Origin: Elainellaceae cyanobacterium
Lineage (GTDB): Bacteria; Cyanobacteriota; Cyanobacteriia; CAKZMO01
Assembly: GCA_050331115.1 (NCBI GenBank)
Contig: JBHJHD010000011.1
Span: 9,034 to 73,033 of the forward strand
Reading direction: 5' to 3'
Length of the DNA: 64,000 nt
A program made the translations under genes and the position numbers. The notes under the pieces are model-generated. The model searched no databases, was not told the origin of the DNA, and worked only from the letters and a program-made list of their open reading frames with translations. Shown here piece by piece: positions 47,894 through 56,241 of this stretch; position 1 is the stretch's first letter, and the number at the start of each line of letters is the position of its first letter.

Positions 47894-48511
47894 TCAATCG
47901 TCCAGCCAAGACTCTAGGCCCAGTAGGTCTACCTTCGTCTCCATATCCGTGCCGCGCTCAGTTTCCTTCACCTGCCGCAGCATATCCCGTAGCGCCCTCG
48001 TCTCTACCGCGTCCGTCGGGCCATCATACAGACCCCGTCGCTTCAGCTCCTGGGTGAGCACCTGCCGCAGGCTGTCAAACGCCTGCTGCATCTCCGGACC
48101 ATAGTGACCGTCGATCTCGCCGGTGTAAAAGCCTTCCTGCTTCAGCCGCGCCTGCGCCTGCTCTAAAGACTGCTTGGGCACCCGGGCCGCCTGGCGATCG
48201 CGACTGTCCTGCATCACCTGGTCTACCCAGCTATTGTCCAGCGCCCGACGCAGGCGGTCCTGCTGTTCACGGATCTTGGACAAATCGATCAGGTCTAGCT
48301 CGTGGCCCAAAATATGGTCCGTTTCATCGATGATGAAGCTGAGCAGGCGATCGCTTTCAGCCTGCTGAAGGATCTCTGACAGTCGCGTCTCTTGGGCCTG
48401 AGTCAGACAGCTCTGGAGTGAAAGCCAGTAATACTCCTGTGCGATTTCCGCGTAGCCCTGAGATTTGTGGAGCAGGTCTTCTGAAATAGTGTCAAGATTT
48501 TCCATGTCCAT
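47894..48511 (-). CDS. Peptidoglycan-binding-domain protein with a helical N-terminal domain (candidate sigma partner)
   Basis: AQARLKQEGFYTGEIDGHYGPEMQQA is PG_binding_1-like and is followed by a degenerate second copy. AGGTGA RBS. Confidence 0.75.
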   Translation of the reverse strand: MDMENLDTISEDLLHKSQGYAEIAQEYYWLSLQSCLTQAQETRLSEILQQAESDRLLSFIIDETDHILGHELDLIDLSKIREQQDRLRRALDNSWVDQVMQDSRDRQAARVPKQSLEQAQARLKQEGFYTGEIDGHYGPEMQQAFDSLRQVLTQELKRRGLYDGPTDAVETRALRDMLRQVKETERGTDMETKVDLLGLESWLDD

Positions 48512-48602
48512 AGGTTCACCTGAAGTGCGTCATAAAAAGTTGAGGGGACGGCGATTGATAAGTAGCATTGGCGCGCCCTTCGCATGAGCGCGCTCTACAT
48601 AT

Positions 48603-48626
48603 GTGTCGAGAGAAGACGAATGTGAC
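48603..48626 (-). promoter_or_regulatory. Shared motif copy 1 (GTCACA-N12-CGACAC)
   Basis: Lies upstream of the PG-binding gene, on its coding strand. Confidence 0.55.
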
Positions 48627-48834
48627 GGCCGTAGCGAATACACTTTATAGAAACTTGTTGTTTAGTAAAGCTTCTGTAAATCGGCCCATATTGCAGCAAC
48701 AACCTGAAGCCTTCGACAGAAAGTGACCCACATCGCTGAAAACCTCACTATCCAAAGGGTATTATGCTTAGACGTTACAGGCTGAGCCGCTTAAGTAAAT
48801 TTTCTCAACCCATAAAATTCTCAACCGGACAGGT

Positions 48835-48858
48835 GTCACACTTAGATACTTTCGTCAC
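48835..48858 (+). promoter_or_regulatory. Shared motif copy 2 (GTCACA-N12-CGTCAC)
   Basis: Ends 25 nt before the sigma ATG at 48884. Confidence 0.55.
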
Positions 48859-48883
48859 AATTACTCAGATATCTCTACTTCCC

Positions 48884-49507
48884 ATGAGCATGGCCAACGA
48901 CGATTGCCCCCCCAATCAGCTCCAGGCGGTTATCCGTGAGATCCTAAGCACCAACAGTGCTCATCCATACTCGTTTATTTCGATGGTGCAGCGGTTCATC
49001 AACCAGTACAACTTGACCCACACCACCGAGCCCCACGAGATTATTCACATTGCCTACGAGCGCACGCGCAAGGCCGAGAAAAAGCAAACTATTATCAACT
49101 ACAAAGCTTGGCTGCGGAGCACCTGCCTCAATATTATTCGCGAAAAATCTCGTGAGCGGCGAAAGGAAACGCTGATGGACCCTCAATCCCATGAGTTTGA
49201 GGCCCAAACTGCTGTTGAGGTCAATAGCGAACCGGTATCACAGGTGACCCAAGAGCAGCGCATCGACCTGCTGTTTTTGGCGCTAGAGCGGCTATTTGAA
49301 ATTAGACCTGACATCGGCCAGCTGCTGAAGTTTCGGCTTTTGGATGGCTATGACTGGGTCCAGATTCAGAAGATATTGGCGGAGGAGGGAGAAGACTGCA
49401 AGCTGGCCACGTTGCGTAAGCGAGCGGAGCGCGGGAAGCGGCTACTGCGGCGAATTTACCACCAGCTTGAGAAAGATTTACTGCAGGAGCAGGGCGTCCA
49501 AGGCTGA
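48884..49507 (+). CDS. ECF-like sigma-70 family sigma factor
   Basis: Region-2-like HEIIHIAYER..NYKAWLRSTCLNIIRE and region-4-like LLKFRLLDGYDWVQI..ATLRKRAERG. The start is placed at 48884 rather than 48764. Confidence 0.8.
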   Translation: MSMANDDCPPNQLQAVIREILSTNSAHPYSFISMVQRFINQYNLTHTTEPHEIIHIAYERTRKAEKKQTIINYKAWLRSTCLNIIREKSRERRKETLMDPQSHEFEAQTAVEVNSEPVSQVTQEQRIDLLFLALERLFEIRPDIGQLLKFRLLDGYDWVQIQKILAEEGEDCKLATLRKRAERGKRLLRRIYHQLEKDLLQEQGVQG

Positions 49508-49556
49508 TCGGTTGTGCACTGTAGCGTAAGGCCTACAGCCTGGGTTTAAAGCTTTA

Positions 49557-49593
49557 ACGGCTAGGGCAGAGGATTGAATTCCTGCCCTAGCCG
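49557..49593. terminator. Hairpin between the convergent sigma and NfeD-like genes
   Basis: ACGGCTAGGGCAG...CTGCCCTAGCCGT, a 13-bp stem. Confidence 0.65.
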
Positions 49594-49613
49594 TCGGCTT
49601 ATTTTAGTTCGCT

Positions 49614-49865
49614 TTAGTTCATGTCATTTGCGCTGTTGGTGTCGATCAGCAGCGTCAGATTTTCTCTGCCGACTACGTAGACAATATCATCTGGGCACAG
49701 GCTCATGCCCTCTCGAACGCCGCGAGCAGACCAGGTTGTGGCCTGATATTTGACCCTCCACTTTTCTCCTTGAGAAACGACTTTGTCGATAATGGCTTCA
49801 GCGAGCTGAGTTTTGAACCCAGGCATGAATGAGCTGGAGACAGATGTGACTTCGGAGAGAAACAT
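49614..49865 (-). CDS. Stand-alone NfeD-like C-terminal (OB-fold) protein
   Basis: AIIDKVV..WRVKYQATTWSAR..VYVVGRENLTLLI. AGGAG RBS and no TM segment. Confidence 0.85.
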   Translation of the reverse strand: MFLSEVTSVSSSFMPGFKTQLAEAIIDKVVSQGEKWRVKYQATTWSARGVREGMSLCPDDIVYVVGRENLTLLIDTNSANDMN

Positions 49866-49947
49866 GGCGTACTCCTATAGTTCAGGGTGAGTTGAGAGTA
49901 GCTAAGGGCAGAAACCTCAGAACTTCTTATCTGACTCTCAAGTTAAA

Positions 49948-49972
49948 GTGATGGGCTTCCCCCCTTTGTGAC
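49948..49972 (-). promoter_or_regulatory. Shared motif copy 3 (GTCACA-N13-CATCAC)
   Basis: Lies upstream of the NfeD-like gene, on its coding strand. Confidence 0.5.
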
Positions 49973-50035
49973 CTACACAGAGCAATATAGACCGTCGCAG
50001 CATTCTGTAATTGCTATAAGAGCACGAGAAGGACT

Positions 50036-50719
50036 TCAGCTCGGCGAATCGAATCGATAGCCTTTGCCATAGACCGTGTGAATTAAGGCGGGCTCTCCCA
50101 AGTGCTCCAGCTTACGCCGCAGCAGGCGTACCTGAGCTGCCAAAACGTTGCTGGTCGACGGCTCTTCCTGCCAAACCTGTTGATAAATCGCCTCGTGGGA
50201 AAGCAGCTGGTTGGGGTGGCGCATAAAATAGCTCAGCAGCAGACTCTCTTTTTCCGATAGCTCTACCGTGCGATCGCCCCGGGAAGCCACTTGATTAGCG
50301 GGGTCCAGCGCCAGGTCGCCCAGCGTAAGACGCTCGACAGATTCTGATGGTGATAGGGTTGGCGGTCGCCGCAGCAGCGCCCGCACCCGAGCCAGCAGTT
50401 CCTTGAGCTCAAAAGGTTTTACTAAGTAGTCGTCCGCACCGGCGTCTAGCCCATCGACCCGATCGTCTACCGTATCTTTGGCCGTTAAGAACAGCACCGG
50501 CGTCACCCGGCCCTGCGATCGCAGCCGTCGGCACAGATCCAAGCCGCTCTCCCCCGGCAGCATCCAGTCTAAAATCAGCAGGTCGTAGGTCTGCGACTCC
50601 GCCAGCTGTCCCCCCGCGCGGCCGTCATAGGCCGTCGTCACGGTATAGCCCTCTCGCCGCAGTACTTGACTGAGCGCGTCCGCCAGCTCGGCTTCATCGT
50701 CTACCAGGAGAATGTGCAT
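50036..50719 (-). CDS. OmpR-family response regulator
   Basis: LLVDDE, ILDWMLPG, GADDYLVKPF and IHTVYGKGYRF. Confidence 0.95.
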   Translation of the reverse strand: MHILLVDDEAELADALSQVLRREGYTVTTAYDGRAGGQLAESQTYDLLILDWMLPGESGLDLCRRLRSQGRVTPVLFLTAKDTVDDRVDGLDAGADDYLVKPFELKELLARVRALLRRPPTLSPSESVERLTLGDLALDPANQVASRGDRTVELSEKESLLLSYFMRHPNQLLSHEAIYQQVWQEEPSTSNVLAAQVRLLRRKLEHLGEPALIHTVYGKGYRFDSPS

Positions 50720-50739
50720 GGCTCAGATTTAGCGGTAGT

Positions 50740-53628
50740 TTAGCGGCCAAGGGGCGGCGCCGACGTTTCGTTGGGATCGTCTTCTATCAGATCTAGCTCA
50801 AGACTCGGGCTAGGCTCAGCGGGTGAGGGGGTTGGTTCAACTTGAGTTGACTCTTCCTCAATGGGAAAAGCCTCAATCGGAGCGGGTTCGGAAGGAATAG
50901 GGTCAGGGGAAGCAGGTTCGGCGGGCTCTGGGGTTACAGGCACGCCCTCAGTCGTGCCGCCCGTAGGAAAGTCAACGGTGGCCGGGTCAACCAGCTCCGG
51001 CTCGTAGTCAATGGGTTCCGCGTCAAAGCGGCGCGGCGTTCCCGTCCAGGCAAAGTCGCTGATGCGCAGGTTGAGAGAGCCGATTTCTCGGTCGGGGTTA
51101 AACCGGAAAAGGACGCCAAAGGTGCGGCGACTATACTCAACAAAATAGCTCGTATCAAAGTCCTCGTCTTCCGACAGGCTGATCGAGGTCTGAAATCCGA
51201 CCCGAAAGGGACCAATAAGCTGAGCCGTTAAGCCCCCTGACACCACTTCTCGATCCTGCACGCGATCAAAGGTGAAGGGAGATTCACTCCCCTCCGTGCT
51301 GCGGCGATAGGTGAGGTTGAAGCCGAGGTAGTCGAAGGCGGGGCGAGAGAAATGGCCAAACTGACCAAAAAGCGATAGCTCTCCCGTCAGGATAGGCTGG
51401 GTGTCACCACTGCTATAAAATCCAGCAACGCCGCGCACTCTGGGGTTTAAGGCAAGAAAAGGAACGACGGGCGTCGGCGTATATCGCAGTCCTTGATCGG
51501 GAGTTGCAGGAAGCGGGGTGCCGGCCCAAAGCGTGACGGGACGCCGCACCTCCGCCGCCACCTGGTAGCGGGTCAGGGTAGTGTTGTTGTCCTCTCGCTC
51601 GAGAATCGGGCCGAGAAGATCGTCGCGCCGCTCAAAGCGGATGTCGTCGGTAATGCGCTGCACGGAGCCTTGGTACGTGAGCTCAGCGCCCGAGTTCCCT
51701 AGCGGAATCGCCGGGGAGGTGGCAATCACGCCAAAGGACTGATCCACTGTTTGAAAACCTAGGGTACCGTTGAACAGGCGATCGCGGTAGCTGTATTCTC
51801 CAGTGAAGGTATACCCACTGGGCGTGCTGCGGCGCAGGCGGACTAGGCCCCGGAGGTCTTCGTCGGCGAAGTTACTGTCAAAGTCGAGGCTGGTGAGAAT
51901 AGTGCTAGCCTCTAAAGACGTCAGCGAGTCAAAGGCGGCGTCTAGCTCCGCGGTCAGGCCATAGGAGTTGGGGTTGAGCACCCCCGTGTCGTCTTCGCCA
52001 ATTTCAATATCGTCTTCATCGCGGCCCGTAAACGCCCGCTGAATAAAGAACTGAGGCGTGAAGCTAAACCGAACCACCGGCGTATCGATTACCTCGAATT
52101 CGCGCTCTGCAAACAGACCGTCTCGGTCTTCTTCGTCAAAGCCAAACTGAACCGGCAGCGGGTCCTGCTGACGCTGGTCGAAGACGTAGCGCGATCGCAA
52201 TAGCGGTATGGTGAGCCCCCGATCAATGACCAGACGGGGATTCCTCAGGCGCAGCTCGCTGCGGGTGGCGGACAGGCGCTGAAAGGTTGCCTGATTAGTG
52301 CGAATTTCTAGCTCTGGGGGAGAAAAGGGGTCGTTGGTAAGCCTCACGTTGGCCGCCACCCAGCCGCCGGGGCGAAAGTCGATGCGCTCGGCCTCAAACC
52401 GGAGCTGCCGCACGCTGCCTGCGGCTGAGCCTTGATCGACGTTGCCGCCGGTGGAAGAAATTCCCGCCCCGATGGTCACGCCGCCCACGGCAGTCGCGGT
52501 CTGCACCTCGGGCTGCTGGCGGCTGAGACGGGCGCTGAGGACATCGTCGTTAGAAACGCCAACATCAGCCCCTGCCCTTTGGTTGGCTGCCGATGGGTCA
52601 TCCACGGGGCGATCGCCGGAGAGGTCCGAGGCAATCTGGGGGATAAAGACCTCGCCCCGAGCGTCGAGGATAGCCCCCTCCTCCCGCACAAAATTATATT
52701 CAATGCGATCGCCCCGCAGCACCTGCTCACCCCGGGTAAATACGACGTTCCCCGTAGCGATGGCGATCTGGTTGGGGAGGTTGACGCGGACTTCGTCAGC
52801 CAGCAGCACCGAACCCCTCACCGTCAGGGCGACATTCCCCTCGGCGATAAAGGACTGCTGCTGCCGGTCATAGACTTGGCGATCGGAAATCACCTCTAGG
52901 GCGTCAATGCCATCGGCCACGCCGCTGGCTGCCCCCTCTGCAGGGTCGTCTAGCTCCAGCTCCTCTAGCGGGATAGCGTTGGTTTCGGGGGTAGCGCTGG
53001 GACGCTGCGCTGGGGCGGCAGGGTCTAGGGTTGGCAGCGGGGCCTGAAAGTCGCTGGGAATGGGGTCCTGGGCCTCGGGCTGTTGGGCGACCCAATCCAC
53101 CAGCTCGCTCAGCAGATCCCGACTCTCATGCAGCAGCACCGCCGCTTCTTCGTAGACGGCTTCGTCAGCGGCGAGCCTCGACTGGGCATCGGCTTCTAGC
53201 GCGATCGCCCGCTCTTCGTCAAGGCCGTGGTCTTGATAGAGGTCACCAAGCTGCGACCCCGGCAAGGAGCCGTTTCCCGGTAAGCCGACCTCCACCGGCG
53301 GACCCAGACCATCTATGTCTGTAGCGCCTGCGTCAGCGGTATCTGCTTCCGCGCTGCCTGTTTCTGCGCTAGCAAGCTCGACGCCAGGAAGCCTAGGGCT
53401 ACGAGATTCAGGGCTGCGAGATTTGCTGCTGTCCACGGCAACAGCTGGGTCAGAAGCGATCAGGGTTGAGGCTACTACCGACAGCGCCCTGGGGGCCATA
53501 GGCTCTGGCAACAGCACCTGTCGCTCAGCCTCGGCCAATAGACTAGCTTCAGGCCAAGACAGCGTATCGGCGTGCGGCACTGTTGCCACATGAACAAGGG
53601 GTGGCGGTGGCGGCACTGGATAGGGCAT
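50740..53628 (-). CDS. LptD/OstA-like outer-membrane assembly protein (DUF3769)
   Basis: OstA-like N-domain (AEGNV..L.AD..ATGNV..RGEQVLRGDRIEYNF), TNDPFSPPELE and YSYRDRLFNGTLGFQTV. Confidence 0.85.
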   Translation of the reverse strand: MPYPVPPPPPLVHVATVPHADTLSWPEASLLAEAERQVLLPEPMAPRALSVVASTLIASDPAVAVDSSKSRSPESRSPRLPGVELASAETGSAEADTADAGATDIDGLGPPVEVGLPGNGSLPGSQLGDLYQDHGLDEERAIALEADAQSRLAADEAVYEEAAVLLHESRDLLSELVDWVAQQPEAQDPIPSDFQAPLPTLDPAAPAQRPSATPETNAIPLEELELDDPAEGAASGVADGIDALEVISDRQVYDRQQQSFIAEGNVALTVRGSVLLADEVRVNLPNQIAIATGNVVFTRGEQVLRGDRIEYNFVREEGAILDARGEVFIPQIASDLSGDRPVDDPSAANQRAGADVGVSNDDVLSARLSRQQPEVQTATAVGGVTIGAGISSTGGNVDQGSAAGSVRQLRFEAERIDFRPGGWVAANVRLTNDPFSPPELEIRTNQATFQRLSATRSELRLRNPRLVIDRGLTIPLLRSRYVFDQRQQDPLPVQFGFDEEDRDGLFAEREFEVIDTPVVRFSFTPQFFIQRAFTGRDEDDIEIGEDDTGVLNPNSYGLTAELDAAFDSLTSLEASTILTSLDFDSNFADEDLRGLVRLRRSTPSGYTFTGEYSYRDRLFNGTLGFQTVDQSFGVIATSPAIPLGNSGAELTYQGSVQRITDDIRFERRDDLLGPILEREDNNTTLTRYQVAAEVRRPVTLWAGTPLPATPDQGLRYTPTPVVPFLALNPRVRGVAGFYSSGDTQPILTGELSLFGQFGHFSRPAFDYLGFNLTYRRSTEGSESPFTFDRVQDREVVSGGLTAQLIGPFRVGFQTSISLSEDEDFDTSYFVEYSRRTFGVLFRFNPDREIGSLNLRISDFAWTGTPRRFDAEPIDYEPELVDPATVDFPTGGTTEGVPVTPEPAEPASPDPIPSEPAPIEAFPIEEESTQVEPTPSPAEPSPSLELDLIEDDPNETSAPPLGR

Positions 53629-53857
53629 AGACTAACTACTCACACCAAAAAAAAGCCCGGCTGTCCCACAGGATGACTTGTCGCATAGCGAGTGCGGAGC
53701 ACTCAGCGCGTCAGTAGGACGCAGCGCTGGTCGCTGGGCTAACCCAATAGAGAATTAGCCACCAGCTAAGAAAACGTCCCCAAACGAGCCGGGGACGAGC
53801 GACGTCAACACACCAACTTGGCCCAGATCCCAAGCTTAAAGCTAAGACAATAGCGCC

Positions 53858-53974
53858 TTATTCGAAGTCGCGGCGGTTGGGGTTGCGGGCTGGGTCATTG
53901 GATAGAAATCCAAAGATAAACAGACCAACGAAAAAGGAAACAACGACGTATACAGCGATTTTTAGAGTCAGCAT
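53858..53974 (-). CDS. psbI: Photosystem II protein PsbI (missing from the ORF track)
   Basis: Manual translation: [38 protein letters not shown]. Confidence 0.97.
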   Translation of the reverse strand: MLTLKIAVYVVVSFFVGLFIFGFLSNDPARNPNRRDFE

Positions 53975-54026
53975 AGTATCTCAATGCAGAAATTGGCTGA
54001 CCTCATCATACCGAACTGTGCTCCCC

Positions 54027-55067
54027 TTAAGTCGCCAGCGCCGCATGCAGAACATCCCGGTGCATAAAGGCGCGATCGCGCAGGGACTGAATCTGGTCTG
54101 GGGAAAGGGCACTGCCGTTGACGAAGTGCTCTAGCCAAACTTGGCTCATCCTAGCGGCGTCGGTGGGCATTTCGTCAAGCGTCCAGCCCGGTATAGAAAG
54201 TGTCTGCATCAGCTGATCGATTTTGGGATCGTAGCTGATGGCAAACGTGCGGCATTCTGCCGCTGCTGCCATAATCACGCCGTGGAGGCGCATGGCGATC
54301 GCCATTTCCACTCCCCTGAAGACCCCTGCCAACTGACGGGGGTCTTTGAGCTGCAGCAGGTGGCTCGGCTCAGACAGCTGAGCTAAAACGAGCTGGGCCA
54401 GCTCCAGATCTTGGGGGAGCTGAAAGGGAACAACCAGCATGCAGGCCCCGGTCGCGGCCTGTAGCAGCGCCAAGGCCTCAGTCATAACTGACAGCCGCTG
54501 CGGCGTCAGATCCGGATGGGTTCTGAGGGTAACGGCGATTCGCGGGGCCGGTAGCTCCCACAGCCCGGCGACTCGCTCCCCCGCCAGCGCCCAAACGGGG
54601 TCCGGGGCGAGCAGGCCAGGAATGTTCCAGACTGCGAGCTGCTGGGCCGAGCCCTGATCCCGCACGCTCACGGCAGAACAGAGGCGGTAGGCCCGCTGGG
54701 CAATGCGCTGGGTGAGCGGGCGCTTAAGGGGGCCAATGCCCTGGGCCCAGGCCACGGTCTTGAGCCCGAACTGCTGAGCCAGGCCCATCAGCCCACCGTA
54801 ATAGATGGGGTTTAGACGACTCGTCGCGTCCTGCATGAGGCTGCCGCCGCCCCACATAAAGGCGTCTGCCTGCCGCAGCGCCGTCAGCACCGCTTGAGGA
54901 GACTTCCGCGGCACGGCCTCCACTTGGTACTGCTGCTGGGTAAGCTGGGGCTGGCCCGATAGAACCACAGGGACGGCGTTAGGGGGCAGCATTTGCAGCG
55001 CGGTCGCCAAAAGCGCCTCATCTCCCCCATTGCCCATGCCGTAGTAGCCGCACAACACTGTCCGCAT
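54027..55067 (-). CDS. csaB: Polysaccharide pyruvyl transferase CsaB
   Basis: CGYYGMGNGGDEALL, WGGGSLMQDATS, AMRLHG and SYDPK. Confidence 0.92.
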   Translation of the reverse strand: MRTVLCGYYGMGNGGDEALLATALQMLPPNAVPVVLSGQPQLTQQQYQVEAVPRKSPQAVLTALRQADAFMWGGGSLMQDATSRLNPIYYGGLMGLAQQFGLKTVAWAQGIGPLKRPLTQRIAQRAYRLCSAVSVRDQGSAQQLAVWNIPGLLAPDPVWALAGERVAGLWELPAPRIAVTLRTHPDLTPQRLSVMTEALALLQAATGACMLVVPFQLPQDLELAQLVLAQLSEPSHLLQLKDPRQLAGVFRGVEMAIAMRLHGVIMAAAAECRTFAISYDPKIDQLMQTLSIPGWTLDEMPTDAARMSQVWLEHFVNGSALSPDQIQSLRDRAFMHRDVLHAALAT

Positions 55068-55213
55068 TCAGTCCCCCGCTCGGCCATTGCCTTTATTCAA
55101 ATACACCCAATCTCGCCAAACTGAGGCTTGGCCCCCTTACAATAGAGCAGGTTGGGCGTTCGTGCGCCGACGCCATCCTCGCAATAGTCGCAATAGATTT
55201 AATAAAAACCTCG

Positions 55214-55549
55214 ATGCACGCCCTTTCCATTCCCACCTGGATTATCCACATTTCTAGCGTTATTGAATGGACGGTAGCCATCGGGCTGATCTGGATATAT
55301 GCAGACGTCAGCGGCGATCGCGCTTGGCGACTGCTGTCGGTGGCCATGCTGCCGGCTTTGGTGAGCGCCATGTGCGCCTGCACCTGGCATTTCTTCGACA
55401 ATCCCCCCAGCTTAGATTGGCTGGTGACCCTGCAGGCGGCCATGACGGTGCTGGGCAACACGACGCTGTGCATCGCGGCCTGGTGGATTTGGCGATGGTC
55501 AAAGACCGACCCCCAAGGGTCATCGCGCGACAGGAAAACTAATGTCTAA
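55214..55549 (+). CDS. ycf49: Ycf49-like protein (DUF2499)
   Basis: MHALSIPTWIIHISSVIEW and SAMCACTWHFFDN. Confidence 0.9.
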   Translation: MHALSIPTWIIHISSVIEWTVAIGLIWIYADVSGDRAWRLLSVAMLPALVSAMCACTWHFFDNPPSLDWLVTLQAAMTVLGNTTLCIAAWWIWRWSKTDPQGSSRDRKTNV

Positions 55550-55862
55550 AGAGACCCTATTTGCCCTATCTCTATTTCCCTACCTGGGCTTTCTGTGGTT
55601 CTTAACGCGCTCCGGCAAGACGCCTCCCCTAGCGCTGGCGGGTTTTTATGGAACGCTGCTGTTTGTAGCCGTTACGATTCCAGCGGGGCTATACGCTAAA
55701 TCTGCCTATGGTGAGGAGCTGGCCAACGTCGACGCGCTGCACGGCGGGGCGGAGATTTTTCTGACGCTGACCAATATTTTGGTGGTGCTGGGGTTTCGGC
55801 GGGCCATCCAGCAGCGATCGCTAGACCACGCAGAGAATACCAAACAGCCCCAGGGAGAGTAG
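55542..55862 (+). CDS. DUF3593 membrane protein
   Basis: LFALSLFPYLGFLWFL and LANVD.LHGGAE; overlaps the ycf49 stop. Confidence 0.88.
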   Translation: MSKETLFALSLFPYLGFLWFLTRSGKTPPLALAGFYGTLLFVAVTIPAGLYAKSAYGEELANVDALHGGAEIFLTLTNILVVLGFRRAIQQRSLDHAENTKQPQGE

Positions 55863-56241
55863 AAATCCTTGGATTAAAAACATGCGCAGCATCCACCAGT
55901 AGACAGAGCGTGATGACGAGGCTGGTGTTGTCGATGTCGCTAAGTTAAGCATGCACTATTCCCATAGCTGGTCAATAAAAAAGCGCGGGTAACCGACGCG
56001 TTCTGTCAAAGCTAGCTCACACCAATTGGCTTTGGTAAAACCCTTAGAATCATTTCACAATTGGCCGGGAGTCTGAGCACACCGTGAAGACAAAGACGGC
56101 CCTAGGGCACAAATCCGCTCTGGCTGGGTTAAGCTTGACGCCAAAAGTGTCCAAAGAGGCTGATCGCGGGCGCTGAGAGTGTGTCAGAATGTAAGCGGTT
56201 TTTGCCAGATTACATAAAGAAGTATGAAGTAGGCATCGGAT

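Noticed and set aside
48764-48883. N-terminal extension of the sigma ORF
   Set aside because: It runs across the putative promoter motif and a TTCTCAACC direct repeat, and it does not look protein-like. ATG 48884 is preferred.
53877-54134. 85-aa plus-strand ORF
   Set aside because: It is antisense to psbI and the end of csaB.
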